A stretch of DNA of 64,000 nucleotides, from assembly GCA_051011415.1 (NCBI GenBank), contig JBPCTY010000002.1:7104-71103 (forward strand), written 5' to 3'. Both the position numbers and the translations under genes were made by a program. The stretch is from Acidimicrobiia bacterium (GTDB taxonomy: Bacteria > Actinomycetota > Acidimicrobiia > Spongiisociales > UBA5794). Of the stretch, positions 47,956 to 56,835 are shown piece after piece. Below the pieces are notes generated by a model. It was given only the letters and a program-made list of their open reading frames with translations, was not told the origin of the DNA and did no database searches. Every line of letters starts with the position of its first letter. The stretch's first letter is position 1.

Positions 47956-49100
47956 GCTTGGTCTCCAAGGCAGATACCGAGGTCTCGTGCCGATGCAACC
48001 CATGGGTGGTCAATGGGGACCATCCTTCGTCGACCTGCTACCTCGTCGAGCGGGATCGTCCGGGCGCCATCGCCGTCGCTAGCGACCATGACTCTGAATT
48101 CCTCTCGGGCGATGGTACGGGTCGCCGCTGTGCCGAGACAGGTTGCGAGTATCCGGTCAACTGGGGAGGGAATTCCGCCCCGCTGGACGTGGCCAAGGAT
48201 CGTGACTCGTGCATCGAGACCCGTGAGGTCCTCCAACTTGTGAGCGATGTCCACGGTCGTTGGACGAGCGTCGAAGAGCTTACGCGCTTTCTTCCGTAGA
48301 GCTTTGCGGTCGTCGTCATCCTCAGCGACGGCTTTTTGCACATTGATTGACTCGATGCGTGCCGTTCGATCCTGATCGACCGCTCCCTCTGCGACGGCGA
48401 TGATGGAGAAGCGGCTCCCAGCGGTTCGTCGATTTGCGATAGATTGTGCAACGACTTCGAGCGAGTACGGGATCTCTGGGATGAGGACAACATCTGCGCC
48501 GCCGCCCAATCCTGCCCCGAGGGTGAGCCAGCCGGCGTTGTGGCCCATGATCTCAACCACGATGATCCGGTGGTGGCTGTGAGCGGTGCTGTGGAGACGA
48601 TCGACTGCATCGGTTGCGACGGTGAGCGCGGTGTCGAACCCGAATGTGCGGTCGGTACCCCAGACATCGTTGTCGATTGTCTTTGGCAGGGCGATCACGG
48701 GCATGCCCATGTCGGAGAGACGGAGAGCATTCTTCATGGTGCCGCCTCCGCCGAGGCATACGAGGGCGGAAAGCTGGTGTTCGTTGAACGTGTCGAGCAT
48801 CGCACTGCGCATGTCGAGCTTCGACCCACCGACATCCATGCGGTGAACCTTGTCGCGCCCGGTGCCCAGGATGGTGCCCCCATGGGTGAGGATCCCGGAC
48901 AACTCTTCCGAGTCGAGGCGGATCGAGCGGTCCTGCATCAGACCTCGGAAGCCGTCGAGAAAGCCAACGACAGACCAGCCGTGCGAACGGATGGCGGACT
49001 TTCCGATCGCCCGGATAGCGGCGTTGAGCCCAGGGGCGTCTCCACCCGCGGTGAGGATTCCGATGCTCTGTGCCAACCGCGCCTCCTGCGACGGGTGCAC
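47952..49100 (-). CDS. pfkA: 6-phosphofructokinase (actinobacterial type)
   Basis: It has GILTAGGDAPGLNAAIRA, LPKTIDNDV and GHVQRGG. The donor-specificity positions read GGGG (Gly, ATP-like) and PKTIDND (Lys), the mix I recall for actinomycete ATP-PFKs. The start was trimmed to GTG 49100. Confidence 0.9.
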   Translation of the reverse strand: MHPSQEARLAQSIGILTAGGDAPGLNAAIRAIGKSAIRSHGWSVVGFLDGFRGLMQDRSIRLDSEELSGILTHGGTILGTGRDKVHRMDVGGSKLDMRSAMLDTFNEHQLSALVCLGGGGTMKNALRLSDMGMPVIALPKTIDNDVWGTDRTFGFDTALTVATDAVDRLHSTAHSHHRIIVVEIMGHNAGWLTLGAGLGGGADVVLIPEIPYSLEVVAQSIANRRTAGSRFSIIAVAEGAVDQDRTARIESINVQKAVAEDDDDRKALRKKARKLFDARPTTVDIAHKLEDLTGLDARVTILGHVQRGGIPSPVDRILATCLGTAATRTIAREEFRVMVASDGDGARTIPLDEVAGRRRMVPIDHPWVASARDLGICLGDQA

Positions 49101-49397
49101 CCTAATCCCGTGACACGAGCGAGCAGTCGTGGCATGATGGCGGTCCTGAGGAAGGAGGTGGTCCAGCACATGCACGAAAGTTCTTATAGGACCCAGGAGG
49201 TGGCCGAGCGCTAGCGCGATCGGACACAAATCCGAAAGTCGCGCTCCTCACACGAGGTAGGTGGCGACTTCCACTCGGACCACCGGAACCCGGAGTACTG
49301 CACGTTGGTCCCGTGCGGCGGCACTGCCGACGATGCTCCGGGTTCTCACACGTCCACAGCACCATGGTCTCGTTGTCGGCTCGTCTATCTTCCGATC

Positions 49398-50165
49398 ATG
49401 GATACAGACCGATACCTCGCCGCAATCGAGATGGATGCGGCAATCATGCTGGCCGCAGCAACCGCCGTACCGCTGGACACTCCCGTGCCGTCCTGCCCTG
49501 GTTGGACCATGCGCGACCTGATCGTCCACACTGGCGTGGTGCACCGTCACAAGACAGCGATTGTGCGACACGGTCTGATCGATGGCGCTGCTCCACAGCC
49601 GCCGGAGCCGACGTCGGACGAGATCCAATGGTTCGGAGATGGTGTCGACGAGATGCTTGCTGTGTTTCGGGCTGCTGATCTCGGACTTCCCACGTGGACC
49701 TGGTGCACACACGATCATGCAGCCGAGTGGTGGGTGCGACGGATGGCTCACGAGACGGCCATCCACGGGGCCGATGCGCTGATCACCACTGGCCAGTCGC
49801 CGCAATTGGATGAGTGGCTTGGCCTTGACGGCGTTGACGAACTGCTCGATGAGATGATGGTTGGTGCGCCGGATTGGGCAGAGGTAGCGGAGCTGGACAA
49901 TGTCGTTGGCCTGCGGTCCGGAGACAGGGAGTGGCTGCTCCGACCCGCCACATTCTCGGGTACGTCGACGGTGACTGGGAAGGCGTACGAAGACTTCTCG
50001 ACCGTGATGTATGCCGAGGGTGAACCGGATGCCGTTGTCTCAACCGACGGGTCGACGATGGATCTGTGGCTCTGGGGGAGAGGCGACCTTGCAGCTGATC
50101 AAGTCGATGGCGATGAGTCGCTTGTTCTCCTGATTCGAGAGATCGCCGCGGAGTCGACCCAGTGA
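49398..50165 (+). CDS. Maleylpyruvate-isomerase-family (mycothiol-dependent/DinB-like N-domain) protein
   Basis: The N-terminal PSCPGWTMRDLIVHTGVVHR and later HETAIHGADA are typical of the MDMPI_N family. Confidence 0.75.
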   Translation: MDTDRYLAAIEMDAAIMLAAATAVPLDTPVPSCPGWTMRDLIVHTGVVHRHKTAIVRHGLIDGAAPQPPEPTSDEIQWFGDGVDEMLAVFRAADLGLPTWTWCTHDHAAEWWVRRMAHETAIHGADALITTGQSPQLDEWLGLDGVDELLDEMMVGAPDWAEVAELDNVVGLRSGDREWLLRPATFSGTSTVTGKAYEDFSTVMYAEGEPDAVVSTDGSTMDLWLWGRGDLAADQVDGDESLVLLIREIAAESTQ

Positions 50166-50770
50166 CCGATCAGGTCACGGTTGCCACGTACCCATTCCGT
50201 TCGGACGCCGAGATCGGGAAGGCGCGGCTCGCTGCTGACGGAATTCGCTCAGCTGTCAAGGCAGACAACGAGGGTGGGCTCAACCCTGGGTTCTACAAGG
50301 AGTACGGCGTGCGCCTCGAAGTGGCCGACTCGGATCTTGACGATGCACTCGACAGCCTTGGGATCGAACGAGTCGAGGTGCCCCGTCCAATCGCAGAGGC
50401 GATCTATCGCCATGCCACCTCCGCGTATCCGAACGAGGCTTGCGGTCTGATCGCTGTTGACGATGGGGGAGAGTTGGTGTTTGCGGCTTGTCTCACCAAT
50501 GCCGACAAGAGTCGCCACCGGTTCACCATCGATCCCCATGAGCACCATGGGATGGTGCGGCTATGTGACCAGCGTGGCTGGACGATCGGTGCGTTGTTCC
50601 ATAGCCATCCTGCAAGTGAGCCGTATCCGTCGCCAAGCGATCTTGACGGCGGTGGCGATCCCGAATGGTTGCACCTGCTGATCGGGCCAATGAACGGTCG
50701 GTCCGAGCTCAAGGGGTACCGCTTTGAGGGCGAGCAGGTCACTGAAGTGTCGGTGACGATCGGCGCATAG
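50162..50770 (+). CDS. DUF2007-like N-terminal domain fused to a JAMM/MPN+ metalloprotease (Mec-like)
   Basis: GTGA overlap with the upstream gene. Residues 1-65 (VTVATYPFRSDAEIGKARLAADGIRSAV...LEVADSDLDDALDSL) resemble DUF2007. The C-terminal domain has the JAMM motifs NEACG and HSHPASEPYPSPSDLD. Confidence 0.8.
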   Translation: MTDQVTVATYPFRSDAEIGKARLAADGIRSAVKADNEGGLNPGFYKEYGVRLEVADSDLDDALDSLGIERVEVPRPIAEAIYRHATSAYPNEACGLIAVDDGGELVFAACLTNADKSRHRFTIDPHEHHGMVRLCDQRGWTIGALFHSHPASEPYPSPSDLDGGGDPEWLHLLIGPMNGRSELKGYRFEGEQVTEVSVTIGA

Positions 50771-50780
50771 ACTCGCCGCG

Positions 50781-51062
50781 ATGGCGAGATCGGAGCACAA
50801 CAGGGAGGCGTACCGGGCTCTGTTCGGGTATGTGGGTGGCGCCCTTCAGGCCTTCGCCGGGTTGATGATCGTCATCTCGTTCCCTGTCGCACCACCAGTG
50901 GTGATTGCCGTGCTTCTCGTTGCCCTTGTAGTGCTGTCCGTGTGGTCGTGGCGGGTCTATCCACGGAACTTCATGATGCCGACACTCGTGGGTGTCCTGA
51001 TGGCTGGCGCATGGATGGTCGTCGTTGGGCTCGGAGCCATGCTGCTGGGATGGGGACCATGA
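50781..51062 (+). CDS. Small membrane protein (3 predicted TM helices)
   Basis: The 93-aa ORF is hydrophobic and its stop overlaps the next start (ATGA). I recognise no family. Confidence 0.45.
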   Translation: MARSEHNREAYRALFGYVGGALQAFAGLMIVISFPVAPPVVIAVLLVALVVLSVWSWRVYPRNFMMPTLVGVLMAGAWMVVVGLGAMLLGWGP

Positions 51063-51811
51063 AGTTCACCGTGCTTGGGTCGAACGCTGGGGCGCCGTCG
51101 CCGTCGAACCCCGGTTCCGGCTATCTCGTGCAGACGTCTTCGACATCGATCTGGATGGATGCGGGCCCGGGAACCTTCGCTGCCCTCTCCCAGATCATGG
51201 ATCCGAGAGACATCGACGGCATGGTGCTTTCACACACCCACATTGATCACTGCGTTGATGCCCTTGGGATGTTTGCCTACCTCGAGTACGGGCTCGGTGG
51301 TGGGAGGACGATGGATGTATACGCACCTCAGGGCACGACATCTCACCTCGCTGCGTTTGTGCGAGCCGACGCCGACCATGTGTTTCATCGCAGGATGAAG
51401 GTGCGTGAGGTGGGGAGCGGCGATACCGGCGGAATTGGCGATGTGGAGCTCGCATTTGGCGACGCCGTTCACCCCGTTCCGGCGATGGTCACGAGGATGA
51501 CCGGTGAGGGCTCATCGATGGTCTACTCGGGTGACACGGGACCTGGTGGAGATCTCATCGAGATGGCGACGGGCGTCGACCTCCTCCTCGTTGAGGCGGC
51601 ACTGCAGGGTGTCCGCGACCAGTCGACCTATCCGTTCCACCTCACGGCGCGCGAAGGCGGGGAGATCGCGTCGATGGCGGGAGTCAACCAACTGGTGCTC
51701 ACCCACATCAACTTCACGAAGGACGTGCAACTCAGCATTGATCAGGCATCGAGTGCCTTCGTTGGTCCGATCGAATACGCCGCACCCCAATCAGTTTTCG
51801 AAATGGAATGA
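51059..51811 (+). CDS. MBL-fold metallo-hydrolase (Rv1339-like position; possible phosphodiesterase)
   Basis: It has the HTHIDH metal motif and starts at MKFTVLGSNAG. It lies directly upstream of rph-rdgB, as I recall for mycobacterial Rv1339. Confidence 0.8.
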   Translation: MKFTVLGSNAGAPSPSNPGSGYLVQTSSTSIWMDAGPGTFAALSQIMDPRDIDGMVLSHTHIDHCVDALGMFAYLEYGLGGGRTMDVYAPQGTTSHLAAFVRADADHVFHRRMKVREVGSGDTGGIGDVELAFGDAVHPVPAMVTRMTGEGSSMVYSGDTGPGGDLIEMATGVDLLLVEAALQGVRDQSTYPFHLTAREGGEIASMAGVNQLVLTHINFTKDVQLSIDQASSAFVGPIEYAAPQSVFEME

Positions 51812-52515
51812 GAGACATGCGAACCGATAGACAAGCAGACGAGTTGCGGCCAGTGAAGGTCACCCGAGGGTTCACAGAGATGACACCGGGTTCGGTGCTG
51901 ATCGAGATGGGACGAACACGAGTGTTGTGCACGGTGTCGCTCGACGACGACGTGCCTCGTTGGATGAAGGGCTCGGGGACCGGTTGGGTCACCGCTGAGT
52001 ACTCCATGCTGCCGGGTGCAAGCCCAAGCCGTATCAGACGCGATTCGATCAACGGCGGCAGGACGAAGGAGATCCAGCGCCTGATCGGCCGCTCGCTACG
52101 GGCAGCGGTCGACATGAACGCAATGGGTGAAGTCACAGCACGGATCGACTGCGATGTCCTCCAGGCGGACGGCGGTACTCGAACCGCATCGATCACTGGT
52201 GCCTGGATCGCGCTCAACGATGCTTTCGCGGCGTGGGTTGCTGAGGGCAAGATGCAACAGAACCCGATCATCCAGAATGTCGCTGCGATCTCTGTGGGTG
52301 TGCATGAGGGCAGCGCCCTCCTCGATCTCGACTATCCAGAGGATGTCGCTGTCGACGTGGACGCCAACATCGTGATGACTGGGAGTGGGGACCTGATCGA
52401 AGTGCAGGGGACTGCCGAGGGTGCTCCGTTCTCGCGTGAGCTGCTCGACACGATGCTCGACTATGCGGCCAAGGGAATCGGTGAGCTTGTGACGCTCCAG
52501 AACGAGGCGTCGTGA
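51808..52515 (+). CDS. rph: Ribonuclease PH
   Basis: Full-length RNase PH similarity (RTDRQADELRPVKV..., TAEYSMLPGAS, DYPEDVA). Confidence 0.95.
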   Translation: MRDMRTDRQADELRPVKVTRGFTEMTPGSVLIEMGRTRVLCTVSLDDDVPRWMKGSGTGWVTAEYSMLPGASPSRIRRDSINGGRTKEIQRLIGRSLRAAVDMNAMGEVTARIDCDVLQADGGTRTASITGAWIALNDAFAAWVAEGKMQQNPIIQNVAAISVGVHEGSALLDLDYPEDVAVDVDANIVMTGSGDLIEVQGTAEGAPFSRELLDTMLDYAAKGIGELVTLQNEAS

Positions 52516-53102
52516 ATCGACCGCACGGTGTGGTCGTCGCTTCGAAGAACCCGGACAAGATCGCTGAGATCGAGGCTGTTCTGGCCAACTTGGATCCGCC
52601 TATGACGGTGATACCGGGGCACACCTGGGACGACGTTGATGAGACGGAGAGCACGCTTGAGGGGAACGCTCTGCTGAAGGCTCGCGCCGTGGTGGCTGCC
52701 ACCGGTCACGCTGCTGTCGCTGACGACACGGGGCTCGAGGCAGCGGCGCTTGGCGGCGCACCAGGGGTTCACACTGCCCGATATGCGGGGCCGAATGCAA
52801 CGTATGACGACAACGTATCGAAGATGTTGTCCGAGATGGCTGACGCGACGGATCGATCTGCCTCGTTCCGGACCGCCGTAGCCCTCGTGACGTCGGATGG
52901 CGAGAGCCTCGTGGTCCATGGTTCGCTCGACGGCGCAATCACTCTGGAACGGCGAGGAGACGGCGGTTTCGGCTACGACCCGATCTTCGAGGTTGATGGC
53001 CGCACGCTCGCTGAGATCCCTCCGGCGGAGAAGAATTCGATGAGTCATCGAGCCAGGGCTCTGCTTGCGCTCGCAGACGCACTGGCAAGCCTGCCCCATT
53101 AG
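52512..53102 (+). CDS. rdgB: Non-canonical purine NTP pyrophosphatase (RdgB/HAM1)
   Basis: It has the motifs ASKNPDKIAEI, DDTGLE and GFGYDPIF. Confidence 0.92.
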   Translation: MNRPHGVVVASKNPDKIAEIEAVLANLDPPMTVIPGHTWDDVDETESTLEGNALLKARAVVAATGHAAVADDTGLEAAALGGAPGVHTARYAGPNATYDDNVSKMLSEMADATDRSASFRTAVALVTSDGESLVVHGSLDGAITLERRGDGGFGYDPIFEVDGRTLAEIPPAEKNSMSHRARALLALADALASLPH

Positions 53103-53126
53103 GGTTTGGCACCGAAGGAGGCCCTG

Positions 53127-53585
53127 ATGCGCCGATTGGTCTTGATTACTGCCCTTGTCGCCCTGCTTGCTGCCGCTTGTGGTTCAAGCGATACCAGCGA
53201 CACAGGGACACCACCGGACACTGGTCTGCCGGATAGCCCGGAGCGTTGTGAAGAACTCGATCCGCTTGTGCTCGACCATCTCCGATCCGGTTTGATCGTC
53301 GAAGCCAGCCTCCCGTGGGGCTTCTCCGTGAAGTCGACCGATTACGACGACGTGTGGATCGTTACTGCAGCGGTCGAAGCCGACGCGCTGACCGAGAAGG
53401 CCTTCGGCACCTGGGCGATTCGCGCTGGTGTGTGGCCGAGTTCGTACATCGGCACCGTTGAGGTTGACGAAATCGCAATGCGTATCACGGACTTCGGAGA
53501 TGGCTCGATCGTCGTCACCGGAGCGACCGATGGGGTGCTCTCCGCCCAGGCATGCGCCCAGGCCCGGATCGAAGCCGGAGGCTGA
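53127..53585 (+). CDS. Lipoprotein of unknown function
   Basis: It has the signal peptide MRRLVLITALVALLAAACGSSD with a lipobox. Confidence 0.6.
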   Translation: MRRLVLITALVALLAAACGSSDTSDTGTPPDTGLPDSPERCEELDPLVLDHLRSGLIVEASLPWGFSVKSTDYDDVWIVTAAVEADALTEKAFGTWAIRAGVWPSSYIGTVEVDEIAMRITDFGDGSIVVTGATDGVLSAQACAQARIEAGG

Positions 53586-53596
53586 CGGGGATAGTG

Positions 53597-53650
53597 GGTG
53601 CGGGTGCCCGGACTCGAACCGGGACGTCTCTCGACACCAGATCCTCAATC
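53597..53650 (-). pseudogene. tRNA-Leu 3' fragment (anticodon loop through acceptor 3' strand; no 5' half)
   Basis: Positions 53597-53645 are identical to 53786-53834 of the intact tRNA-Leu 189 bp away. Similarity continues through the anticodon loop with one change (loop TTGAGGA versus TTTAGGA). No sequence able to pair with the acceptor 3' strand lies upstream. Confidence 0.6.
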
Positions 53651-53784
53651 AGAAGAGCTCGTGGTTCCGTGGCGTGAGCTGTTTGGAGTGCGTCTACGGC
53701 GCCGACTGATTGCCAAGGAGAGGTCGGCTAACGGAGATTGGGACCCCGGGTGGTTCTCGAGTCGTGCGGTCAGTCCCGGGTGTT

Positions 53785-53870
53785 TGGTGCGGGTGCCCGG
53801 ACTCGAACCGGGACGTCTCTCGACACCAGATCCTAAATCTGGCGCGTCTGCCAAATTCCGCCACACCCGC
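53785..53870 (-). tRNA. tRNA-Leu (anticodon TAG), CCA encoded
   Basis: The reverse complement folds by eye as GCGGGTG/TG/GCG-loop-CGC/G/CCAGA-TTTAGGA-TCTGG/long variable arm/CCCGG-TTCGAGT-CCGGG/CACCCGC-A-CCA. Confidence 0.9.
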
Positions 53871-53929
53871 CGGTGTGTCCGTGGATTCTGCCACGAAATA
53901 GCGAAGCCCCCGATGAGGGGGGCCTCGAG

Positions 53930-54003
53930 TGGGTCGCCGGGGACTTGAACCCCGAACCTGTCGGTTAAGAGCCGAATGCTCTGCCAAATTGAGCTAGCGA
54001 CCC
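53930..54003 (-). tRNA. tRNA-Lys (anticodon CTT)
   Basis: The reverse complement is GGGTCGC TA GCTC AATTTGGCA GAGC A TTCGG CTCTTAA CCGAC AGGTT CGGGG TTCAAGT CCCCG GCGACCC A. There is one mismatch at the top of the anticodon stem. Confidence 0.85.
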
Positions 54004-54183
54004 GCCGTGGAGCATACCGACAGGCACCACCTATCCGCCGAGATTCCACGAACCCAGGGTTGCACGTATCGGTTGGCGCTGAACCGTGGGCTGTAGGACT
54101 CGGTAGCGACCCGTGGAGCCCAGAGTTCGATGATGGTCGACGACACAGTTGAAACGCTGACTCGGTTGTGAAAGCGTCGCCAG

Positions 54184-55089
54184 GTGCCTCGCGATACACC
54201 CGTGTATGAGCTCGCCAGCCGCCAAGGCGGCATCGTCAGGAGAGAGCAGATACTCAAACTGGGTCTGTCGTCAGGACTCATTCAGCGGCGGGTGACAAGC
54301 GGATCCTGGAGCCGGGTTGCGAGCGGGGTCTATCGCGTTCTTAGATCGGACTCGAGACGAGATCTGTTGAGGGCGGCGATCACAGCCCTTCCGACAGCAA
54401 CAGCTTCGCACCATTCTGCAGCTGATCTCCACGCGATCAAGAAGGTCCCGATCGAGGAGGTTGTCGTCTCGGTGCATTCGCGAACCACGCATCTGTTCGA
54501 CGGTGTCGTGGTTCACAGGTGTTCTGATCTCGGACCGGTCGATCGAACCGTGATCGATGGCATCCCCGTCACCACACCTTCCAGAACCGTTGTTGATCTT
54601 GCTTCAAGTCTGGGACCACACCACCTGGCTGCGATCGTCGATGAAGCCGTCGCTGCCCAAGTTGTGAGATGGATCGATATCGAGGAGGTCGTCGCGAGAA
54701 TCGGTCGGAGGGGAAAGCCTGGGATCGCGGCCATGCGAGCTCTTCTCGCTGACAGAGTCGGCGATCGTCGCTCGACCTCAGTTCTGGAGTTGAGAGCAAA
54801 CGCTCTTCTTGATTCAGCCAGTCTCCCTGCGTACCGCATCGAGTATGCGATTCCATGGGATCCAATTCGACGCTTCGACGTGGCCTTCCCGGACCATAAG
54901 GTGGCTGTTGAGTGGGACTCCCGGCGATGGCACTCGCAGGCTGACGGGTTCCAGCGCGATCGCGAACGGGATCGCCAGGCAGCCGTTCATGGATGGATTG
55001 TTCTTCGGTTCACCTGGTCAGACGTCCGGAATTCGCCGCTCGATGTCACGGGTGTGATTCGTCAGACGCTGGAGCTCCGCTCGCCGTGA
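54184..55089 (+). CDS. AbiEi-like N-terminal domain + DUF559 (Vsr-like endonuclease fold) protein
   Basis: The N-terminus (ASRQGGIVRREQILKLGLSSGLIQRRVTSGSWSRVASGVYRV) is typical of AbiEi_4-type domains. The C-terminus (FDVAFPDHKVAVEWDSRRWH...GWIVLRFTWSDV) is typical of DUF559. Confidence 0.75.
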   Translation: MPRDTPVYELASRQGGIVRREQILKLGLSSGLIQRRVTSGSWSRVASGVYRVLRSDSRRDLLRAAITALPTATASHHSAADLHAIKKVPIEEVVVSVHSRTTHLFDGVVVHRCSDLGPVDRTVIDGIPVTTPSRTVVDLASSLGPHHLAAIVDEAVAAQVVRWIDIEEVVARIGRRGKPGIAAMRALLADRVGDRRSTSVLELRANALLDSASLPAYRIEYAIPWDPIRRFDVAFPDHKVAVEWDSRRWHSQADGFQRDRERDRQAAVHGWIVLRFTWSDVRNSPLDVTGVIRQTLELRSP

Positions 55090-55230
55090 ACCTGGGGCTG
55101 TCGAGGTCGATTCCGACCCCCTCCGCCCATAGATCTGATACAACCGGTCAGTCCAACCCTGGGTTCGGGATGTCTTGTGAAAGGAACCGGTGTTGATCTC
55201 GCGTGGGTTGCTGTATCTTCCCGTGCACAT

Positions 55231-55304
55231 CGGGCTGTGGCGCAGCTTGGAAGCGCACCTGCTTTGGGAGCAGGGGGTCGTCAGTTCAAATCTGACCAGC
55301 CCGA
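55231..55304 (+). tRNA. tRNA-Pro (anticodon TGG)
   Basis: CGGGCTG TG GCGC AGCTTGGAA GCGC A CCTGC TTTGGGA GCAGG GGGTC GTCAG TTCAAAT CTGAC CAGCCCG A. Confidence 0.9.
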
Positions 55305-55348
55305 CGGGGAACGAGCCCTCGCCTTTTTGGCGGGGGCCGTTTTCGTTT

Positions 55349-55939
55349 TCAGATCGCTGTACGTTCGGCGTGGAGGGCGAAGTCGATCGCCGTCGCATCG
55401 GCGTCAGCGACGGGTCGGAGGCGTTCTCCGAGCTCAAGAATTTCGAACCCGTCGAGGAGGTTCTCGAACCGCTCGGCGTCCCAGAGGATTTCCGGATAGG
55501 GCGGACCACCGTACCCGTCGGCAACATTCCTCACCGCATGGCCGACGGCGAATATCGAGCCGCCCGGAGCGACAGCACGCAGCGCTCCAGTGAGTGCATC
55601 CTGAAAGCTTTGTGGGCCGAGGTGTAGGTAGAAGACAATCACGAGGTCGAAGACGTGGTCTGCGGTGTCCAGGGTCGTCACGTCGCCAACGACCCAGTTG
55701 ATATCTGTGTCACCTGCGAGAGTGCGCCCACGTTCTATGGCGACGTCGGAGAAGTCGACAGCGGTGACGTTCCAGCCTCGCTCCGCAAGCCAGATTGAGT
55801 TCCGACCCTCGCCGCATGCCACATCGAGCACCGAGCCCGGTTCGAGGTCTGCGACCAGTGGAGGCAGGAACTGGTTTGGTCCTGCTGACCACAACAGCTC
55901 GGTTCCGTCGTATCGGTCATTCCACATGGATGCGTCCAT
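55349..55939 (-). CDS. Class I SAM-dependent methyltransferase (TehB-like)
   Basis: Start at MDASMWNDRY (55939). The SAM motif is VLDVACGEGRNSIWLAERGWNVTAVDFS. Confidence 0.8.
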   Translation of the reverse strand: MDASMWNDRYDGTELLWSAGPNQFLPPLVADLEPGSVLDVACGEGRNSIWLAERGWNVTAVDFSDVAIERGRTLAGDTDINWVVGDVTTLDTADHVFDLVIVFYLHLGPQSFQDALTGALRAVAPGGSIFAVGHAVRNVADGYGGPPYPEILWDAERFENLLDGFEILELGERLRPVADADATAIDFALHAERTAI

Positions 55940-55978
55940 TCCGTCATGGTACGAACCGGCGTGCACGACAATGCCTCC

Positions 55979-56596
55979 ATGGATCACGAGTGGGACCCGC
56001 TGACGATCGACAACGTCGCCGAGCGCTTTGCGCCGTATGACGTGGATTGGTGGATCGCCGGTGGTTATGCGATTGACCTCTTCCTGGGATGGGAGACTCG
56101 GCCCCATGCTGATCTCGACCTGGAGATGTTTCGCTCGGATCGCGACGTGCTCTTTGATGTCTTCGACGGATGGGAACTCTTCACAGTCTCGGAGGGTGCG
56201 CACACACGGTGGCAACGTGGAGAGCCGATCGAGCTCCCTGTCTTCGGGATCTGGGGCAGGCCGGGACCAGACGAGCCATGGGCCGTTGAGGTGATGCTCG
56301 CCGACGGCAACGAAACCGAGTGGCGCTTTCGCAGGGACCCATCGATCCGTCGTGAGAGATCAAGCCTCACCCGGTCACTTCCTTCGGGAGTGAAATACTG
56401 CACGCCCGAGGTGCAGCTTCTATACAAATCGAAACAGGCCCGTCCCAAAGATGACGTTGACTTCGCCCGATCGCTGCATCTGATGTCAGACGATCAGCGG
56501 CGATGGCTGCGGGATGCTGTGTACACGACCAATCCGGATCACCCGTGGGTCCAGGCACTCGATTGGACAACTGAAGTGAGTGAAGAACCGGGGTAA
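55979..56596 (+). CDS. Pol-beta-superfamily nucleotidyltransferase resembling the ANT(2'')/aminoglycoside nucleotidyltransferase family
   Basis: WWIAGGYAIDLFLGWETRPHADLDLEM matches the G-G-x-A-I-D...H-x-D-x-D pattern I recall from ANT(2'')-Ia (LWIGGGWAIDARLG..RKHDDIDL). It is divergent from the methyltransferase gene, with a 39-bp gap. Confidence 0.7.
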   Translation: MDHEWDPLTIDNVAERFAPYDVDWWIAGGYAIDLFLGWETRPHADLDLEMFRSDRDVLFDVFDGWELFTVSEGAHTRWQRGEPIELPVFGIWGRPGPDEPWAVEVMLADGNETEWRFRRDPSIRRERSSLTRSLPSGVKYCTPEVQLLYKSKQARPKDDVDFARSLHLMSDDQRRWLRDAVYTTNPDHPWVQALDWTTEVSEEPG

Positions 56597-56612
56597 CCTC
56601 ACGCCGACCTTT

Positions 56613-56683
56613 GCGGGTGTAGCTCAATGGCAGAGCCCCAGCCTTCCAAGCTGGTTACGCGGGTTCGATACCCGTCACCCGCT
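56613..56683 (+). tRNA. tRNA-Gly (anticodon TCC)
   Basis: GCGGGTG TA GCTC AATGGCA GAGC C CCAGC CTTCCAA GCTGG ... TTCGATA ... CACCCGC T. Confidence 0.9.
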
Positions 56684-56712
56684 CGACTGGTGGAATGATT
56701 TCCGCCAGGCTT

Positions 56713-56786
<74 letters not shown>

Positions 56787-56835
56787 CCCCCGCAAGCCGT
56801 AGCGGTACAGGAGTTCACCCGCGGTTACCTCACTG

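Noticed and set aside
53598-54281. Track ORFs across 53598..53948(+), 53645..54199(-), 53694..53987(-) and 53994..54281(-).
   Set aside because: They run through the tRNA-Leu fragment, tRNA-Leu and tRNA-Lys genes. They are non-coding by that evidence.
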